DNA from: Nemertoderma westbladi
Taxonomy: Eukaryota > Animalia > Xenacoelomorpha
Assembly: GCA_032718475.1 (NCBI GenBank)
Contig: JAUCBJ010005433.1
Location: 1 to 64,000 of the forward strand
Direction of reading: 5' to 3'
Length of the DNA: 64,000 nucleotides
In this document: piece by piece, positions 13,301-28,356 of the stretch
How the letters are laid out: each line of letters opens with the position of its first letter
How positions within the stretch are numbered: position 1 is the first letter of the stretch
Made by a program: the position numbers and the translations under genes
Notes under the pieces: generated by a model
What the model was told of the DNA's origin: nothing
Databases searched by the model: none
Seen by the model: only the letters and a program-made list of their open reading frames with translations

Positions 13301-15358
13301 TAAATGAATACATTTTTACTTACGATACGACCATACAATAAAAGATACACAAAAATGTAGTCGATTATGGGTAATAAAACATTTAATTATGTTACATAAT
13401 AAAATATTATTCAACACAACAATTCCAACGTAATGAATTATTTCCTCACCGATTAACGATGTTATCGAATATTGTAACCCGAATAATAATTTATTGAATG
13501 GTAACAACGCAATTATTATTCCTCAATATATTTATTAACATTGAGTTATTAACACTAAATGCGCGGCGGTGGTTTAGGGATAGGAAGTCAAATGTTTACT
13601 AGTCAATTGGTCAGTCAAATTGCCGAATGTTTGTTATTCATCACGGTGCAGATGTTCATCCCATACAACCAAAAGGAATATCGATTAGTGTACTCTACTG
13701 TTTAATGTTAGAATATCGGAATATTTTGCCGCCCGACCCGACTAAGCATGGTTCCGGTATCCCCGGTAATAATAACTTGTTCGACTTCAATTGATTAAAA
13801 AACGCGGCATAGTATTACGCGAAAGCCAACAACTGAGCAACCAACTCCCTTCCCTTGAATATAACGCGGTCATCAACCAAATGGGTTGAAAAACCGTTGA
13901 ATAAGAAGGTTAATCAAATATACAGTACTAAGTATTTTTTATCTAAAGACCCAGAAGGGATAAAATAATTGTAAATACATTTTATATTCTTTTGACCTGA
14001 TGATAGTTTGTGGACCAAATTAAATGAGTGTATAGTCGCCTCGCTGAGACTATTAAGGGTCGTCAGCCAGGAATGTGGGAGCGTGTCCGGAGGCGTTTAC
14101 AGTTCGCGATACTGCGCTCGATCGATATCGAATATGAATTATTATTATTATTATTCTATTACAGTAGGCCTATATATTGTTGGTCTACTGTAGTGTTTAT
14201 ATGGGATCAGACTTTTCGGGATTTCAGGGATCGGGATTATCAGTCTCGGGATCCCTATTTTCGGAATCGGGATTGCAATTTTAGATTAAAACAATAAACA
14301 ATAAAACAAAGTACACAGCCAATATTTACTATGCTGAAAAGGTGAATGTATAATATGAAAAATAATTAACCAAGTAACGATTATATTTATTTATTTTGTT
14401 AGAACTTTTATTTCCCTCTTAGTCAATCAATAATCTTCATTTGCACTTGGTTTGGTTTGATTTGTGTCGAGTATCCATAATGGCGTAGTAACCTATATCT
14501 TAAACTATATCAGCTTATCGGTAAATTATGATCGTTTATAAATATTATGGCGGTATATATAGGCACACATAGCTCCACCACACACATGGTACATCATCTC
14601 ATTTAGCCACTACCAATTGAACCGCTTACAACAATGTGAGTTTAGCAAACTCATAATTTTCTTGGAGTTACCAACATATTATATCACACAAACCAAAACT
14701 AAACTTTAAATCGCAGGACAAAGTAATAACAGGCTAATTAAGTGGCAATGATGGGTTCTGCATTGAGCAAATAAGCCCGGTACTAATAACCCATGGAGCC
14801 TTGGGTGGGTGCCCCACAGAGCAGAAGACAAGGCGCTGTCGCAAGCAGACGTACCAATAACTACGAGAATAATATAGAGTTTGCTTAGGCAAATCCAAAT
14901 AAATCCCTGCTGCTGCGGATATACAGTTTGTTGCGCAACGAGGCACAGAACAGTAAATACGGATACATTTAGAGACCCAAAACCAAAACATTTTTAATTT
15001 TATTACAAATGTGTGAGGTTACTATTTCTAATTTTTTCGGGGAGTTAGATACTTGCTATGACTTTATTGCTGATGTTCTAATGAGTCAAAAACAAAATTG
15101 CTTTGATACATAACTAAATAAAAAAAGCCTGATTTATTAAGTTTTTGTTGGTTGTCAAAACGTATTTATTCACTATACGTACGGGAATGCTGTATTGTAA
15201 ACCGAACAGTAGCTTACAATTTGGAAATCAAATAAAGTAACTTTACATCTTTGCTAAACTAAGATACTAGCCTACCGTGAACTGTTGTAGTGGAGCGAGG
15301 CATAGGGCCGGCATTAGGGTCTGAGCCCCCCCCCCCCCCCCCCCCCTCCGAAATAATT

Positions 15359-18300
15359 ACAGCCCGTAATTAATAACGTTGCTGCCCAACAGCCCGTAAT
15401 TAATAACGTTGCTACCCAACAGCCCGTATTTAATAACGTTGCTACCCAACAGCCCGTATTTAATAACGTTGCTGCCCAACAGCCCGTAATTAATAACGTT
15501 GCTGCCCAACAGCCCGTAATTAATAACGTTGCTGCCCAACAGCCCGTAATTAATAACGTTGCTACCCAACAGCCCGTATTTAATAACGTTGCTACCCAAC
15601 AGCCCGTATTTAATAACGTTGCTACCCAACAGCCCGTATTTAATAACGTTGCTGCCCAACAGCCCGTAATTAATAACGTTGCTGCCCAACAGCCCGTAAT
15701 TAATAACGTTGCTACCCAACAGCCCGTATTTAATAACGTTGCTGCCCAACAGCCCGTAATTAATAACGTTGCTACCCAACAGCCCGTATTTAATAACGTT
15801 GCTACCCAACAGCCCGTATTTAATAACGTTGCTACCCAACAGCCCGTAATTAATAACGTTGCTACCCAACAGCCCGTATTTAATAACGTTGCTGCCCAAC
15901 AGCCCGTAATTAATAACGTTGCTGCCCAACAGCCCGTAATTAATAACGTTGCTGCCCAACAGCCCGTAATTAATAACGTTGCTGCCCAACAGCCCGTAAT
16001 TAATAACGTTGCTACCCAACAGCCCGTATTTAATAACGTTGCTACCCAACAGCCCGTATTTAATAACGTTGCTACCCAACAGCCCGTAATTAATAACGTT
16101 GCTGCCCAACAGCCCGTAATTAATAACGTTGCTACCCAACAGCCCGTAATTAATAACGTTGCTACCCAACAGCCCGTATTTAATAACGTTGCTGCCCAAC
16201 AGCCCGTATTTAATAACGTTGCTGCCCAACAGCCCGTATTTAATAACGTTGCTACCCAACAGCCCGTAATTAATAACGTTGCTGCCCAACAGCCCGTAAT
16301 TAATAACGTTGCTGCCCAACAGCCCGTAATTAATAACGTTGCTGCCCAACAGCCCGTAATTAATAACGTTGCTGCCCAACAGCCCGTAATTAATAACGTT
16401 GCTGCCCAACAGCCCGTAATTAATAACGTTGCTGCCCAACAGCCCGTAATTAATAACGTTGCTGCCCAACAGCCCGTAATTAATAACGTTGCTGCCCAAC
16501 AGCCCGTAATTAATAACGTTGCTACCCAACAGCCCGTAATTAATAACGTTGCTACCCAACAGCCCGTAATTAATAACGTTGCTACCCAACAGCCCGTAAT
16601 TAATAACGTTGCTGCCCAACAGCCCGTAATTAATAACGTTGCTACCCAACAGCCCGTAATTAATAACGTTGCTGCCCAACAGCCCGTAATTAATAACGTT
16701 GCTGCCCAACAGCCCGTAATTAATAACGTTGCTGCCCAACAGCCCGTAATTAATAACGTTGCTACCCAACAGCCCGTAATTAATAACGTTGCTGCCCAAC
16801 AGCCCGTATTTAATAACGTTGCTGCCCAACAGCCCGTAATTAATAACGTTGCTACCCAACAGCCCGTAATTAATAACGTTGCTGCCCAACAGCCCGTAAT
16901 TAATAACGTTGCTACCCAACAGCCCGTAATTAATAACGTTGCTGCCCAACAGCCCGTAATTAATAACGTTGCTACCCAACAGCCCGTAATTAATAACGTT
17001 GCTACCCAACAGCCCGTAATTAATAACGTTGCTACCCAACAGCCCGTAATTAATAACGTTGCTGCCCAACAGCCCGTAATTAATAACGTTGCTGCCCAAC
17101 AGCCCGTATTTAATAACGTTGCTACCCAACAGCCCGTAATTAATAACGTTGCTGCCCAACAGCCCGTAATTAATAACGTTGCTACCCAACAGCCCGTAAT
17201 TAATAACGTTGCTACCCAACAGCCCGTAATTAATAACGTTGCTACCCAACAGCCCGTAATTAATAACGTTGCTGCCCAACAGCCCGTAATTAATAACGTT
17301 GCTGCCCAACAGCCCGTAATTAATAACGTTGCTACCCAACAGCCCGTAATTAATAACGTTGCTGCCCAACAGCCCGTATTTAATAACGTTGCTACCCAAC
17401 AGCCCGTAATTAATAACGTTGCTACCCAACAGCCCGTAATTAATAACGTTGCTGCCCAACAGCCCGTATTTAATAACGTTGCTGCCCAACAGCCCGTATT
17501 TAATAACGTTGCTACCCAACAGCCCGTAATTAATAACGTTGCTGCCCAACAGCCCGTAATTAATAACGTTGCTGCCCAACAGCCCGTAATTAATAACGTT
17601 GCTGCCCAACAGCCCGTAATTAATAACGTTGCTGCCCAACAGCCCGTAATTAATAACGTTGCTGCCCAACAGCCCGTATTTAATAACGTTGCTGCCCAAC
17701 AGCCCGTAATTAATAACGTTGCTGCCCAACAGCCCGTAATTAATAACGTTGCTGCCCAACAGCCCGTAATTAATAACGTTGCTGCCCAACAGCCCGTAAT
17801 TAATAACGTTGCTGCCCAACAGCCCGTAATTAATAACGTTGCTGCCCAACAGCCCGTAATTAATAACGTTGCTGCCCAACAGCCCGTAATTAATAACGTT
17901 GCTACCCAACAGCCCGTAATTAATAACGTTGCTACCCAACAGCCCGTAATTAATAACGTTGCTACCCAACAGCCCGTAATTAATAACGTTGCTACCCAAC
18001 AGCCCGTAATTAATAACGTTGCTGCCCAACAGCCCGTAATTAATAACGTTGCTGCCCAACAGCCCGTAATTAATAACGTTGCTGCCCAACAGCCCGTAAT
18101 TAATAACGTTGCTACCCAACAGCCCGTATTTAATAACGTTGCTACCCAACAGCCCGTAATTAATAACGTTGCTACCCAACAGCCCGTAATTAATAACGTT
18201 GCTACCCAACAGCCCGTATTTAATAACGTTGCTGCCCAACAGCCCGTAATTAATAACGTTGCTGCCCAACAGCCCGTAATTAATAACGTTGCTACCCAAC

Positions 18301-21300
18301 AGCCCGTAATTAATAACGTTGCTACCCAACAGCCCGTAATTAATAACGTTGCTACCCAACAGCCCGTAATTAATAACGTTGCTACCCAACAGCCCGTAAT
18401 TAATAACGTTGCTGCCCAACAGCCCGTAATTAATAACGTTGCTGCCCAACAGCCCGTAATTAATAACGTTGCTACCCAACAGCCCGTAATTAATAACGTT
18501 GCTACCCAACAGCCCGTATTTAATAACGTTGCTACCCAACAGCCCGTAATTAATAACGTTGCTACCCAACAGCCCGTATTTAATAACGTTGCTGCCCAAC
18601 AGCCCGTAATTAATAACGTTGCTGCCCAACAGCCCGTAATTAATAACGTTGCTACCCAACAGCCCGTAATTAATAACGTTGCTACCCAACAGCCCGTATT
18701 TAATAACGTTGCTGCCCAACAGCCCGTAATTAATAACGTTGCTGCCCAACAGCCCGTAATTAATAACGTTGCTGCCCAACAGCCCGTAATTAATAACGTT
18801 GCTGCCCAACAGCCCGTAATTAATAACGTTGCTGCCCAACAGCCCGTAATTAATAACGTTGCTGCCCAACAGCCCGTAATTAATAACGTTGCTGCCCAAC
18901 AGCCCGTAATTAATAACGTTGCTACCCAACAGCCCGTAATTAATAACGTTGCTGCCCAACAGCCCGTAATTAATAACGTTGCTACCCAACAGCCCGTATT
19001 TAATAACGTTGCTACCCAACAGCCCGTAATTAATAACGTTGCTACCCAACAGCCCGTAATTAATAACGTTGCTGCCCAACAGCCCGTAATTAATAACGTT
19101 GCTACCCAACAGCCCGTAATTAATAACGTTGCTGCCCAACAGCCCGTAATTAATAACGTTGCTACCCAACAGCCCGTAATTAATAACGTTGCTACCCAAC
19201 AGCCCGTAATTAATAACGTTGCTGCCCAACAGCCCGTAATTAATAACGTTGCTGCCCAACAGCCCGTAATTAATAACGTTGCTGCCCAACAGCCCGTAAT
19301 TAATAACGTTGCTACCCAACAGCCCGTATTTAATAACGTTGCTACCCAACAGCCCGTAATTAATAACGTTGCTACCCAACAGCCCGTAATTAATAACGTT
19401 GCTACCCAACAGCCCGTAATTAATAACGTTGCTACCCAACAGCCCGTATTTAATAACGTTGCTACCCAACAGCCCGTAATTAATAACGTTGCTACCCAAC
19501 AGCCCGTAATTAATAACGTTGCTGTCCCAACAGCCCGTAATTAATAACGTTGCTACCCAACAGCCCGTAATTAATAACGTTGCTACCCAACAGCCCGTAA
19601 TTAATAACGTTGCTGCCCAACAGCCCGTAATTAATAACGTTGCTACCCAACAGCCCGTAATTAATAACGTTGCTGCCCAACAGCCCGTAATTAATAACGT
19701 TGCTACCCAACAGCCCGTAATTAATAACGTTGCTGCCCAACAGCCCGTATTTAATAACGTTGCTACCCAACAGCCCGTAATTAATAACGTTGCTACCCAA
19801 CAGCCCGTAATTAATAACGTTGCTGCCCAACAGCCCGTAATTAATAACGTTGCTGCCCAACAGCCCGTATTTAATAACGTTGCTACCCAACAGCCCGTAA
19901 TTAATAACGTTGCTACCCAACAGCCCGTAATTAATAACGTTGCTACCCAACAGCCCGTAATTAATAACGTTGCTACCCAACAGCCCGTAATTAATAACGT
20001 TGCTACCCAACAGCCCGTATTTAATAACGTTGCTGCCCAACAGCCCGTATTTAATAACGTTGCTGCCCAACAGCCCGTAATTAATAACGTTGCTGCCCAA
20101 CAGCCCGTAATTAATAACGTTGCTGCCCAACAGCCCGTAATTAATAACGTTGCTACCCAACAGCCCGTAATTAATAACGTTGCTACCCAACAGCCCGTAA
20201 TTAATAACGTTGCTACCCAACAGCCCGTAATTAATAACGTTGCTACCCAACAGCCCGTAATTAATAACGTTGCTACCCAACAGCCCGTAATTAATAACGT
20301 TGCTGCCCAACAGCCCGTAATTAATAACGTTGCTGCCCAACAGCCCGTAATTAATAACGTTGCTACCCAACAGCCCGTAATTAATAACGTTGCTGCCCAA
20401 CAGCCCGTAATTAATAACGTTGCTGCCCAACAGCCCGTATTTAATAACGTTGCTACCCAACAGCCCGTAATTAATAACGTTGCTACCCAACAGCCCGTAA
20501 TTAATAACGTTGCTACCCAACAGCCCGTATTTAATAACGTTGCTGCCCAACAGCCCGTAATTAATAACGTTGCTGCCCAACAGCCCGTAATTAATAACGT
20601 TGCTGCCCAACAGCCCGTAATTAATAACGTTGCTGCCCAACAGCCCGTAATTAATAACGTTGCTACCCAACAGCCCGTAATTAATAACGTTGCTACCCAA
20701 CAGCCCGTAATTAATAACGTTGCTACCCAACAGCCCGTATTTAATAACGTTGCTGCCCAACAGCCCGTATTTAATAACGTTGCTGCCCAACAGCCCGTAA
20801 TTAATAACGTTGCTGCCCAACAGCCCGTAATTAATAACGTTGCTGCCCAACAGCCCGTAATTAATAACGTTGCTACCCAACAGCCCGTAATTAATAACGT
20901 TGCTACCCAACAGCCCGTAATTAATAACGTTGCTACCCAACAGCCCGTAATTAATAACGTTGCTGCCCAACAGCCCGTAATTAATAACGTTGCTGCCCAA
21001 CAGCCCGTAATTAATAACGTTGCTGCCCAACAGCCCGTAATTAATAACGTTGCTGCCCAACAGCCCGTAATTAATAACGTTGCTGCCCAACAGCCCGTAA
21101 TTAATAACGTTGCTGCCCAACAGCCCGTAATTAATAACGTTGCTGCCCAACAGCCCGTAATTAATAACGTTGCTGCCCAACAGCCCGTAATTAATAACGT
21201 TGCTGCCCAACAGCCCGTAATTAATAACGTTGCTGCCCAACAGCCCGTAATTAATAACGTTGCTGCCCAACAGCCCGTAATTAATAACGTTGCTGCCCAA

Positions 21301-23246
21301 CAGCCCGTAATTAATAACGTTGCTACCCAACAGCCCGTAATTAATAACGTTGCTACCCAACAGCCCGTAATTAATAACGTTGCTGCCCAACAGCCCGTAT
21401 TTAATAACGTTGCTACCCAACAGCCCGTAATTAATAACGTTGCTACCCAACAGCCCGTATTTAATAACGTTGCTGCCCAACAGCCCGTAATTAATAACGT
21501 TGCTGCCCAACAGCCCGTAATTAATAACGTTGCTACCCAACAGCCCGTATTTAATAACGTTGCTACCCAACAGCCCGTAATTAATAACGTTGCTACCCAA
21601 CAGCCCGTATTTAATAACGTTGCTACCCAACAGCCCGTAATTAATAACGTTGCTGCCCAACAGCCCGTAATTAATAACGTTGCTGCCCAACAGCCCGTAA
21701 TTAATAACGTTGCTGCCCAACAGCCCGTAATTAATAACGTTGCTGCCCAACAGCCCGTATTTAATAACGTTGCTGCCCAACAGCCCGTAATTAATAACGT
21801 TGCTGCCCAACAGCCCGTAATTAATAACGTTGCTGCCCAACAGCCCGTATTTAATAACGTTGCTGCCCAACAGCCCGTAATTAATAACGTTGCTACCCAA
21901 CAGCCCGTAATTAATAACGTTGCTGCCCAACAGCCCGTAATTAATAACGTTGCTGCCCAACAGCCCGTAATTAATAACGTTGCTGCCCAACAGCCCGTAA
22001 TTAATAACGTTGCTACCCAACAGCCCGTAATTAATAACGTTGCTACCCAACAGCCCGTAATTAATAACGTTGCTGCCCAACAGCCCGTAATTAATAACGT
22101 TGCTGCCCAACAGCCCGTAATTAATAACGTTGCTGCCCAACAGCCCGTAATTAATAACGTTGCTACCCAACAGCCCGTAATTAATAACGTTGCTACCCAA
22201 CAGCCCGTAATTAATAACGTTGCTACCCAACAGCCCGTAATTAATAACGTTGCTACCCAACAGCCCGTAATTAATAACGTTGCTACCCAACAGCCCGTAA
22301 TTAATAACGTTGCTACCCAACAGCCCGTAATTAATAACGTTGCTACCCAACAGCCCGTATTTAATAACGTTGCTACCCAACAGCCCGTATTTAATAACGT
22401 TGCTACCCAACAGCCCGTAATTAATAACGTTGCTACCCAACAGCCCGTATTTAATAACGTTGCTACCCAACAGCCCGTATTTAATAACGTTGCTACCCAA
22501 CAGCCCGTATTTAATAACGTTGCTACCCAACAGCCCGTAATTAATAACGTTGCTGCCCAACAGCCCGTAATTAATAACGTTGCTACCCAACAGCCCGTAA
22601 TTAATAACGTTGCTGCCCAACAGCCCGTAATTAATAACGTTGCTGCCCAACAGCCCGTAATTAATAACGTTGCTGTCCAACAGCCCGTAATTAATAACGT
22701 TGCTACCCAACAGCCCGTAATTAATAACGTTGCTGCCCAACAGCCCGTAATTAATAACGTTGCTACCCAACAGCCCGTAATTAATAACGTTGCTACCCAA
22801 CAGCCCGTATTTAATAACGTTGCTACCCAACAGCCCGTATTTAATAACGTTGCTACCCAACAGCCCGTAATTAATAACGTTGCTGCCCAACAGCCCGTAA
22901 TTAATAACGTTGCTGCCCAACAGCCCGTAATTAATAACGTTGCTGTCCAACAGCCCGTAATTAATAACGTTGCTGCCCAACAGCCCGTAATTAATAACGT
23001 TGCTGTCCAACAGCCCGTAATTAATAACGTTGCTGCCCAACAGCCCGTAATTAATAACGTTGCTGCCCAACAGCCCGTAATTAATAACGTTGCTGTCCAA
23101 CAGCCCGTAATTAATAACGTTGCTGCCCAACAGCCCGTAATTAATAACGTTGCTGCCCAACAGCCCGTAATTAATAACGTTGCTGCCCAACAGCCCGTAA
23201 TTAATAACGTTGCTACCCAACAGCCCGTAATTAATAACGTTGCTAC
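15359..23246. repeat. 7.9-kb 30-bp satellite (~263 units) with two dimorphic positions
   Basis: Unit cagcccgtaWttaataacgttgctRcccaa. There is a single 1-nt insertion near 19526, and gtccaa variants are confined to 22670-23100. Confidence 0.99.
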
Positions 23247-23263
23247 TAAATCTGATTAAATGT

Positions 23264-23269
23264 TTTAAT
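23264..23269 (-). terminator. Candidate polyadenylation signal (ATTAAA) of HSD17B4
   Basis: First ATTAAA/AATAAA seen downstream of the stop codon (~150 nt), inside a U-rich 3'UTR. No transcript data. Confidence 0.45.
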
Positions 23270-23417
23270 ACAAACAAAATTGTTGTCATTAAGATTGAAA
23301 TTAAGTGACATGTTCTATATAACGTCAGAAGATTAAAATATCATATATATCAAAGAAAAGCTAGAAGAATAATTAGGTTTAACTACATAAGTAAAGTCAA
23401 TATATAAATGAAGTCTA

Positions 23418-23635
23418 TTACAATTTACTAGAATGAGTAAATAAATGATTGAGTTTCTGACTGAGCATTACATTCCCACTGATCTTGAGTTTACCACTAA
23501 AGAAGGCACTCTGTGGATCTACAACCTCATTCACCAGATCGACCATGGTGTCGTCCTCCAGTGTCAGTGTACAATCAGCCGTCTTATTCATAGGTTCACC
23601 TTTATAAACACTGGAATTGTCTTTCAGATCCATAG
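23418..23635 (-). CDS. HSD17B4: Peroxisomal multifunctional enzyme 2, last exon (SCP2 domain, PTS1)
   Basis: Acceptor cttag|CT; MDLKD...ADCTLTLEDD...DPQSAFFSGKLKISGNVMLSQKL...SKL-stop. Confidence 0.93.
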
Positions 23636-25320
23636 CTAAGGATGATACAGGATATACATTATTATTAATAATTATTATTATCAAATTATAATGAAGTAAT
23701 AATAAACACACAAAACATAGTTTACTATCAGATTTTCACGATTAAAATTACATTATGATGGTCGCTAATGGAATGCGTTTATTATGAAAATAGTGCGGGA
23801 AATTATCCAGTTAGCTAAAAGAAATGGGTCGGAAAAAGTTTTATTAATATTTTATTTAAATTTCAAAAGGAAAATCTCCCAACAAAAACGTAACGAAGTG
23901 AGTTCTACAGGTTATATCACGATAAATTATTCTGTCCCACCAAATTCCGAATGAAATAAATACTATACCCAGGCCAAATTATACCCAAAAATAAATATAG
24001 TATCACCACTGGCCCCCGGTATAATAGGACTTAAAATCATTTCTTAAAATTAGTCAGCAGCTTGTTTTCAGCCATAAATCGGCGATCATTCTATAAAGGT
24101 GTTTTTGGGCTAATTCTGTTTGGTTTGGAATATAACGATGTTCAATTCCAGTTACATTATTTGATTAATTATTCTTAATAAAAAATAAGTTTTCAAAATT
24201 GTTTCGTTGAATGAGTTCATAATTAAATATAGGGCGTTAGTTTAAAAAAAAGTATCAAATTAAATATCTGGCTTTTGTATTAAAACAACATAATATTATT
24301 CATATCACCCACCTACAACATGAATGAATGAATACTCCGCCGAATTATTTTTCAATATACAATACGATATAATAAATATATGCGCCTAGAAAAATATTGT
24401 ACTTCGGCCAACTTAATAAATAATTCCGTATAAAAAGTCCATAGAAAGACATCATTTGTATACGGTAGCAACAAAAACTGATACTCAACAGAAAATCCTC
24501 GGAGGTGGTTAATGCACTATTCTACCAGAATAAATTAGGGAGTATAAGTTTCGGTAAACTAACTAACTAATGGATTATTTATAATCTCAAGGGCCTGTCG
24601 TGCCTTTGTGGAGAAAATATGGCAGAGAAGAGAATTAAAATGAAAGCTTATCCGCAGTTTCAAATTATCTTTCCTTTGGGCTGGCCTCCTACGCGGATCC
24701 CCCTAGGCGGGTTCGAGTGTCTCTTACAGTTCGAACCCTAGGATAGAGTCGTGGGGTGATAGCAACCGAGCTGCAATTAGTTTAGATTTCGAGGGTAATC
24801 TGGTAAGATAACCGCGAGATATTGGGCCAGGCACCGCGGGGAACGAATTATAACCACGCTTATCGTTGGCGAGAAAAATAAAATGGTTGATTTGGGTTGT
24901 AACAGTAGATCAATGACACTCGGCGTCGCCTCATTAACCCTAAAGTTAGCGAGTCGATTTCGGAATTTACCGGTAAGTGACGATATTTAATGAGTTTCAA
25001 GAATCGATATACAGAGATGAAATCAGTGCGAAGAGCTAGAATTTTCAAACAGATTTCATTGATTAGTAACTCAGTGGTTGGATGTCTTTCTTGGTTGTGT
25101 AGTTATGTACAGGACTTCTGTTGTAGGATTTTGAGATTTGCTGAAGATACCAGAATACGAAGGCATGGTATAATGTATTAAATAAATTGACAGGATAAAA
25201 TTGTCAGAATAAAATTACATCTCCCAACCCAGAAGCCAGAACTACTCTGAAGGTCACGATTACATACACCAGTATAATTGAAAAGTTGCGTTAATAAGTT
25301 TCCTATTTATTGTATTGACT

Positions 25321-25850
25321 CCGGAAATCAGGTGAAATCCTTCGAATACGTAAGGGGAAGAAGTCATGGGCAGCATTGAATGGGATGCCATCAGTTACAT
25401 AGAATATATCGGAATCTCAGGTTCTATTACATGGAGCAGCAGTAGAACGGATACCCCTGTACAGGAGTCCATGAGACTGGGCTCTAACTGCTGCATAACC
25501 TCTATGGATGGCCCACACACAAGATTGATACGTCGGGTTCATTTTACTGTACCAAGTACAATGCTCACATCTCCAACTAGATACTATAAAACATTGGAGG
25601 TGTCGCATTGATTCCCCTAAGCTTGGCACTTGTACAGAGCCGCCTCCGCTTTGCAGGACATTGCTTTCGTCGTGAGGACCAGCCTGTGCTGTGCTGTGCA
25701 GAATCTTGTGCTTTAATAGCCTCATGTAGAAAATAAGCGCGATGGACAACCCCTAATCTCGCAAATGTTATTGGACAATAGAGTTATGGCGGCGCAATTT
25801 TCTCGATAAGCCGGCATATCATTCTTAATGCAGCCGCACTTAATCATCTG
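25321..25850 (+). mobile_element. Degraded second copy of the RTE-like element at 5310-6380 (3' fragment)
   Basis: Shared blocks cttcgaatacgtaaggg, ctgggctctaactgctg, aagtacaatgc-cacatctccaa and ggacattgctttcg. Confidence 0.8.
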
Positions 25851-28356
25851 ATTATAGAGACATTATTGTACCATGTACCTGAGGAGAAGATAATGACAAT
25901 GATTAGACATATTTCCGTTGCTCATGAAACTCAAATGATAACTGTGAAGGATGTACAGAGGTTAGTCAATCCATGGTGATGGGGCTAAAGTTCGTCAGCA
26001 CCAAATTTGGGGGAAAAACAGCAATAGTTACCTTGTTGCTACGTAATATTCGTGTTGCTAAGGAAAAAACATTTTATAGTCTTTATTGGGTATTAATTAG
26101 CTAGATTACTGTAGAATCGAACAAATATGGTTCGGATGACTTTTGAATTGGTTTCGTAATTCTCTTTGCACCGAACTGAACTATATTTAAGTCACCACAA
26201 CGCACGCATTCAAACAGTAGTCGTACTGCACTAACTGCAGTCATGTAAAACCCAGGATTACATAAAAATAGATTTACTATTAGAGAACGTTTGCTTTGTT
26301 AAAAATAATAATATAAAAGTTACTACTGACTGAGAGAATCTTGGAATCTTACTGTAGAGCATGTAAAATACTGCTATGCCAGAGCCATCCATCTTTATAA
26401 TGTTTTACGATGGGTTTGGCTATCGCCATAAATTATATAATATTATAACAGTTAGCATCAAGTATAATGAATGAATAATATAAAGAAAGATGAACAAATT
26501 TCCAGCAGTTATTCACAACAACTGTAACTGCCGACTATTAAAGCTAAAAGAAATCACTGCTAATGTCTGACAGCACTGGCTACATGAGTAGTGAACGCAG
26601 AATCTTGGAAGTGGGTGAATAACTCAGTTGAATCGATAAACCACCGAAACTCCTTCGATTCCATCTGCATAATTTAATTCAACACGCCAAATTACTACCA
26701 CGCCTAGGTATCTACATATTAAGTACGGCGATGGAAACCAACATTGGTCGGTGTAATGTAAATTAAAGTTGGCCGGTATCACGGTAACCAACAAAGATAT
26801 TTTCAGTCTATGCCTGTGTTCAGGTCGTATTTACACAAATTGGAGTTGGGTTTCCTCTTCAACAATATATCTATAGATAAAAAATAGCAACATAAACGAC
26901 GTCACTCAACCCGGTATTGTAAACTGCAGGAGTCTAACTAAACTGGAAAGGTTAGACGTGTTGGATCTCTAGAGGTACAGAATGATCAACAGCGCAACTC
27001 GTAAGCGGTGTAAAGTAATATCAAACGGGGATATATTCAAATAACACAGATTGATCCCTGGAGTAGAGATTATTTCATATGAAACGAGAGAGATACTCGA
27101 GAAGTTCATTAACCTAAATGTTTAACTTTTGTTTTCGATATTTTCTAGATTAACAAATATGATCAGCCTTTCGACACCGTCTTTTTCAGGGATTTTATTA
27201 TTTCTCATTGCAGTTCAATCGAGAGTCTCGTTTTGATAGTTAATACTGGGTGATGGTTGGGGGGGGGGGGGGGGGGGGGGTTTCTGAGTTGACAGACGAA
27301 AGTCCATGTGTAGGGCTACTGAAGGTCACGAACGGGTTGGATATTAACGATGATGATTATGGAGATTCGCTCGGTCTAATAATTCCCAGGCGTTGAAATA
27401 AAAAGGTCTCCGTTGGTACATCTATTGCAAACACCAACGATCCCATCTGTCCAGTCCATTCTCGCAAATAAATATGCAAACTTGAATTATTTAAAATGAT
27501 AAAATAATTAAAAAATAAAATTAATTAATTAAATTATAAACAATTTGTTTTTGTTTTGTGACTTTTACACTAGGAACGACCGTATCTATTTTGTAATATT
27601 CCTCTGGGGAAATTAACCTGTCTATTGTCATGCTTAGCTTAACAATTACAAATAATTCCAAACAAATAAATTTAATTAGATTCACCATTGTTCATAATTC
27701 GAACTTTAAAGCTTCTGTTACATTATGCCAACTTTCATTCCATTGATCACTATATGTCAGCGTTCTGGTAAAAACCTCACAACGCAAGAAAAGTACCTCT
27801 TCACAGATGTGCGGTCTATAGGACGGAACGGAACGATACAAAGCAATCACTAAAACATGGTAACAATAAACTTCTAGAACACGTTTCGAGTATTAATTCT
27901 CCATTATTGATAGATTCTATAGCTAACAAAGTTTAACATTATTTACCTTAGTTGTTACAGTAAATGCAAATAATTATTGCATAAAAAGGATATGAATTTC
28001 ATTAATATTCCTAAACATTACAAATTAAAGCCAACAGAACGCCGATAAGTTGACATAATGTAACAAAATTAAGTAAAATATTGTATGATAAAGGCACTCA
28101 TTATATTAATTATCATTTTTTTTATTGCCCTCGCATTATCGACATTGACCAGAATAGTGGTTTATAAAAAAACGTTGTCAATTAATTTATACCTAAAAGA
28201 ATAAGTCCCAGAATATTTTAAAAGTTACAATCTCTCCCTTCTTGGTATCGAAAGACACTCCAAACTACAAAAAACCCCATCCCCAACATTGCAATCGACA
28301 CAGGTCGCACCTACAGTTACCCACTCAATCTATTACAGAAATGCCCCCACACTTAC

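Noticed and set aside
15357-23289. 1200-1400-aa ORFs on both strands (GSNVINYGLL / QQPVINNVAT repeats)
   Set aside because: By-product of a stop-free 30-bp unit. No unique domains or splice context, and broken by a 1-nt insertion near 19526.
24675-24760. GC-rich hairpin resembling an HDV-like ribozyme near a LINE fragment
   Set aside because: Could not build the nested double pseudoknot by eye; only one stem-loop is evident.
26600-27460. Possible very old minus-strand RT fragment (LQGSI and YAD-like words)
   Set aside because: Too degraded to support without an HMM search.
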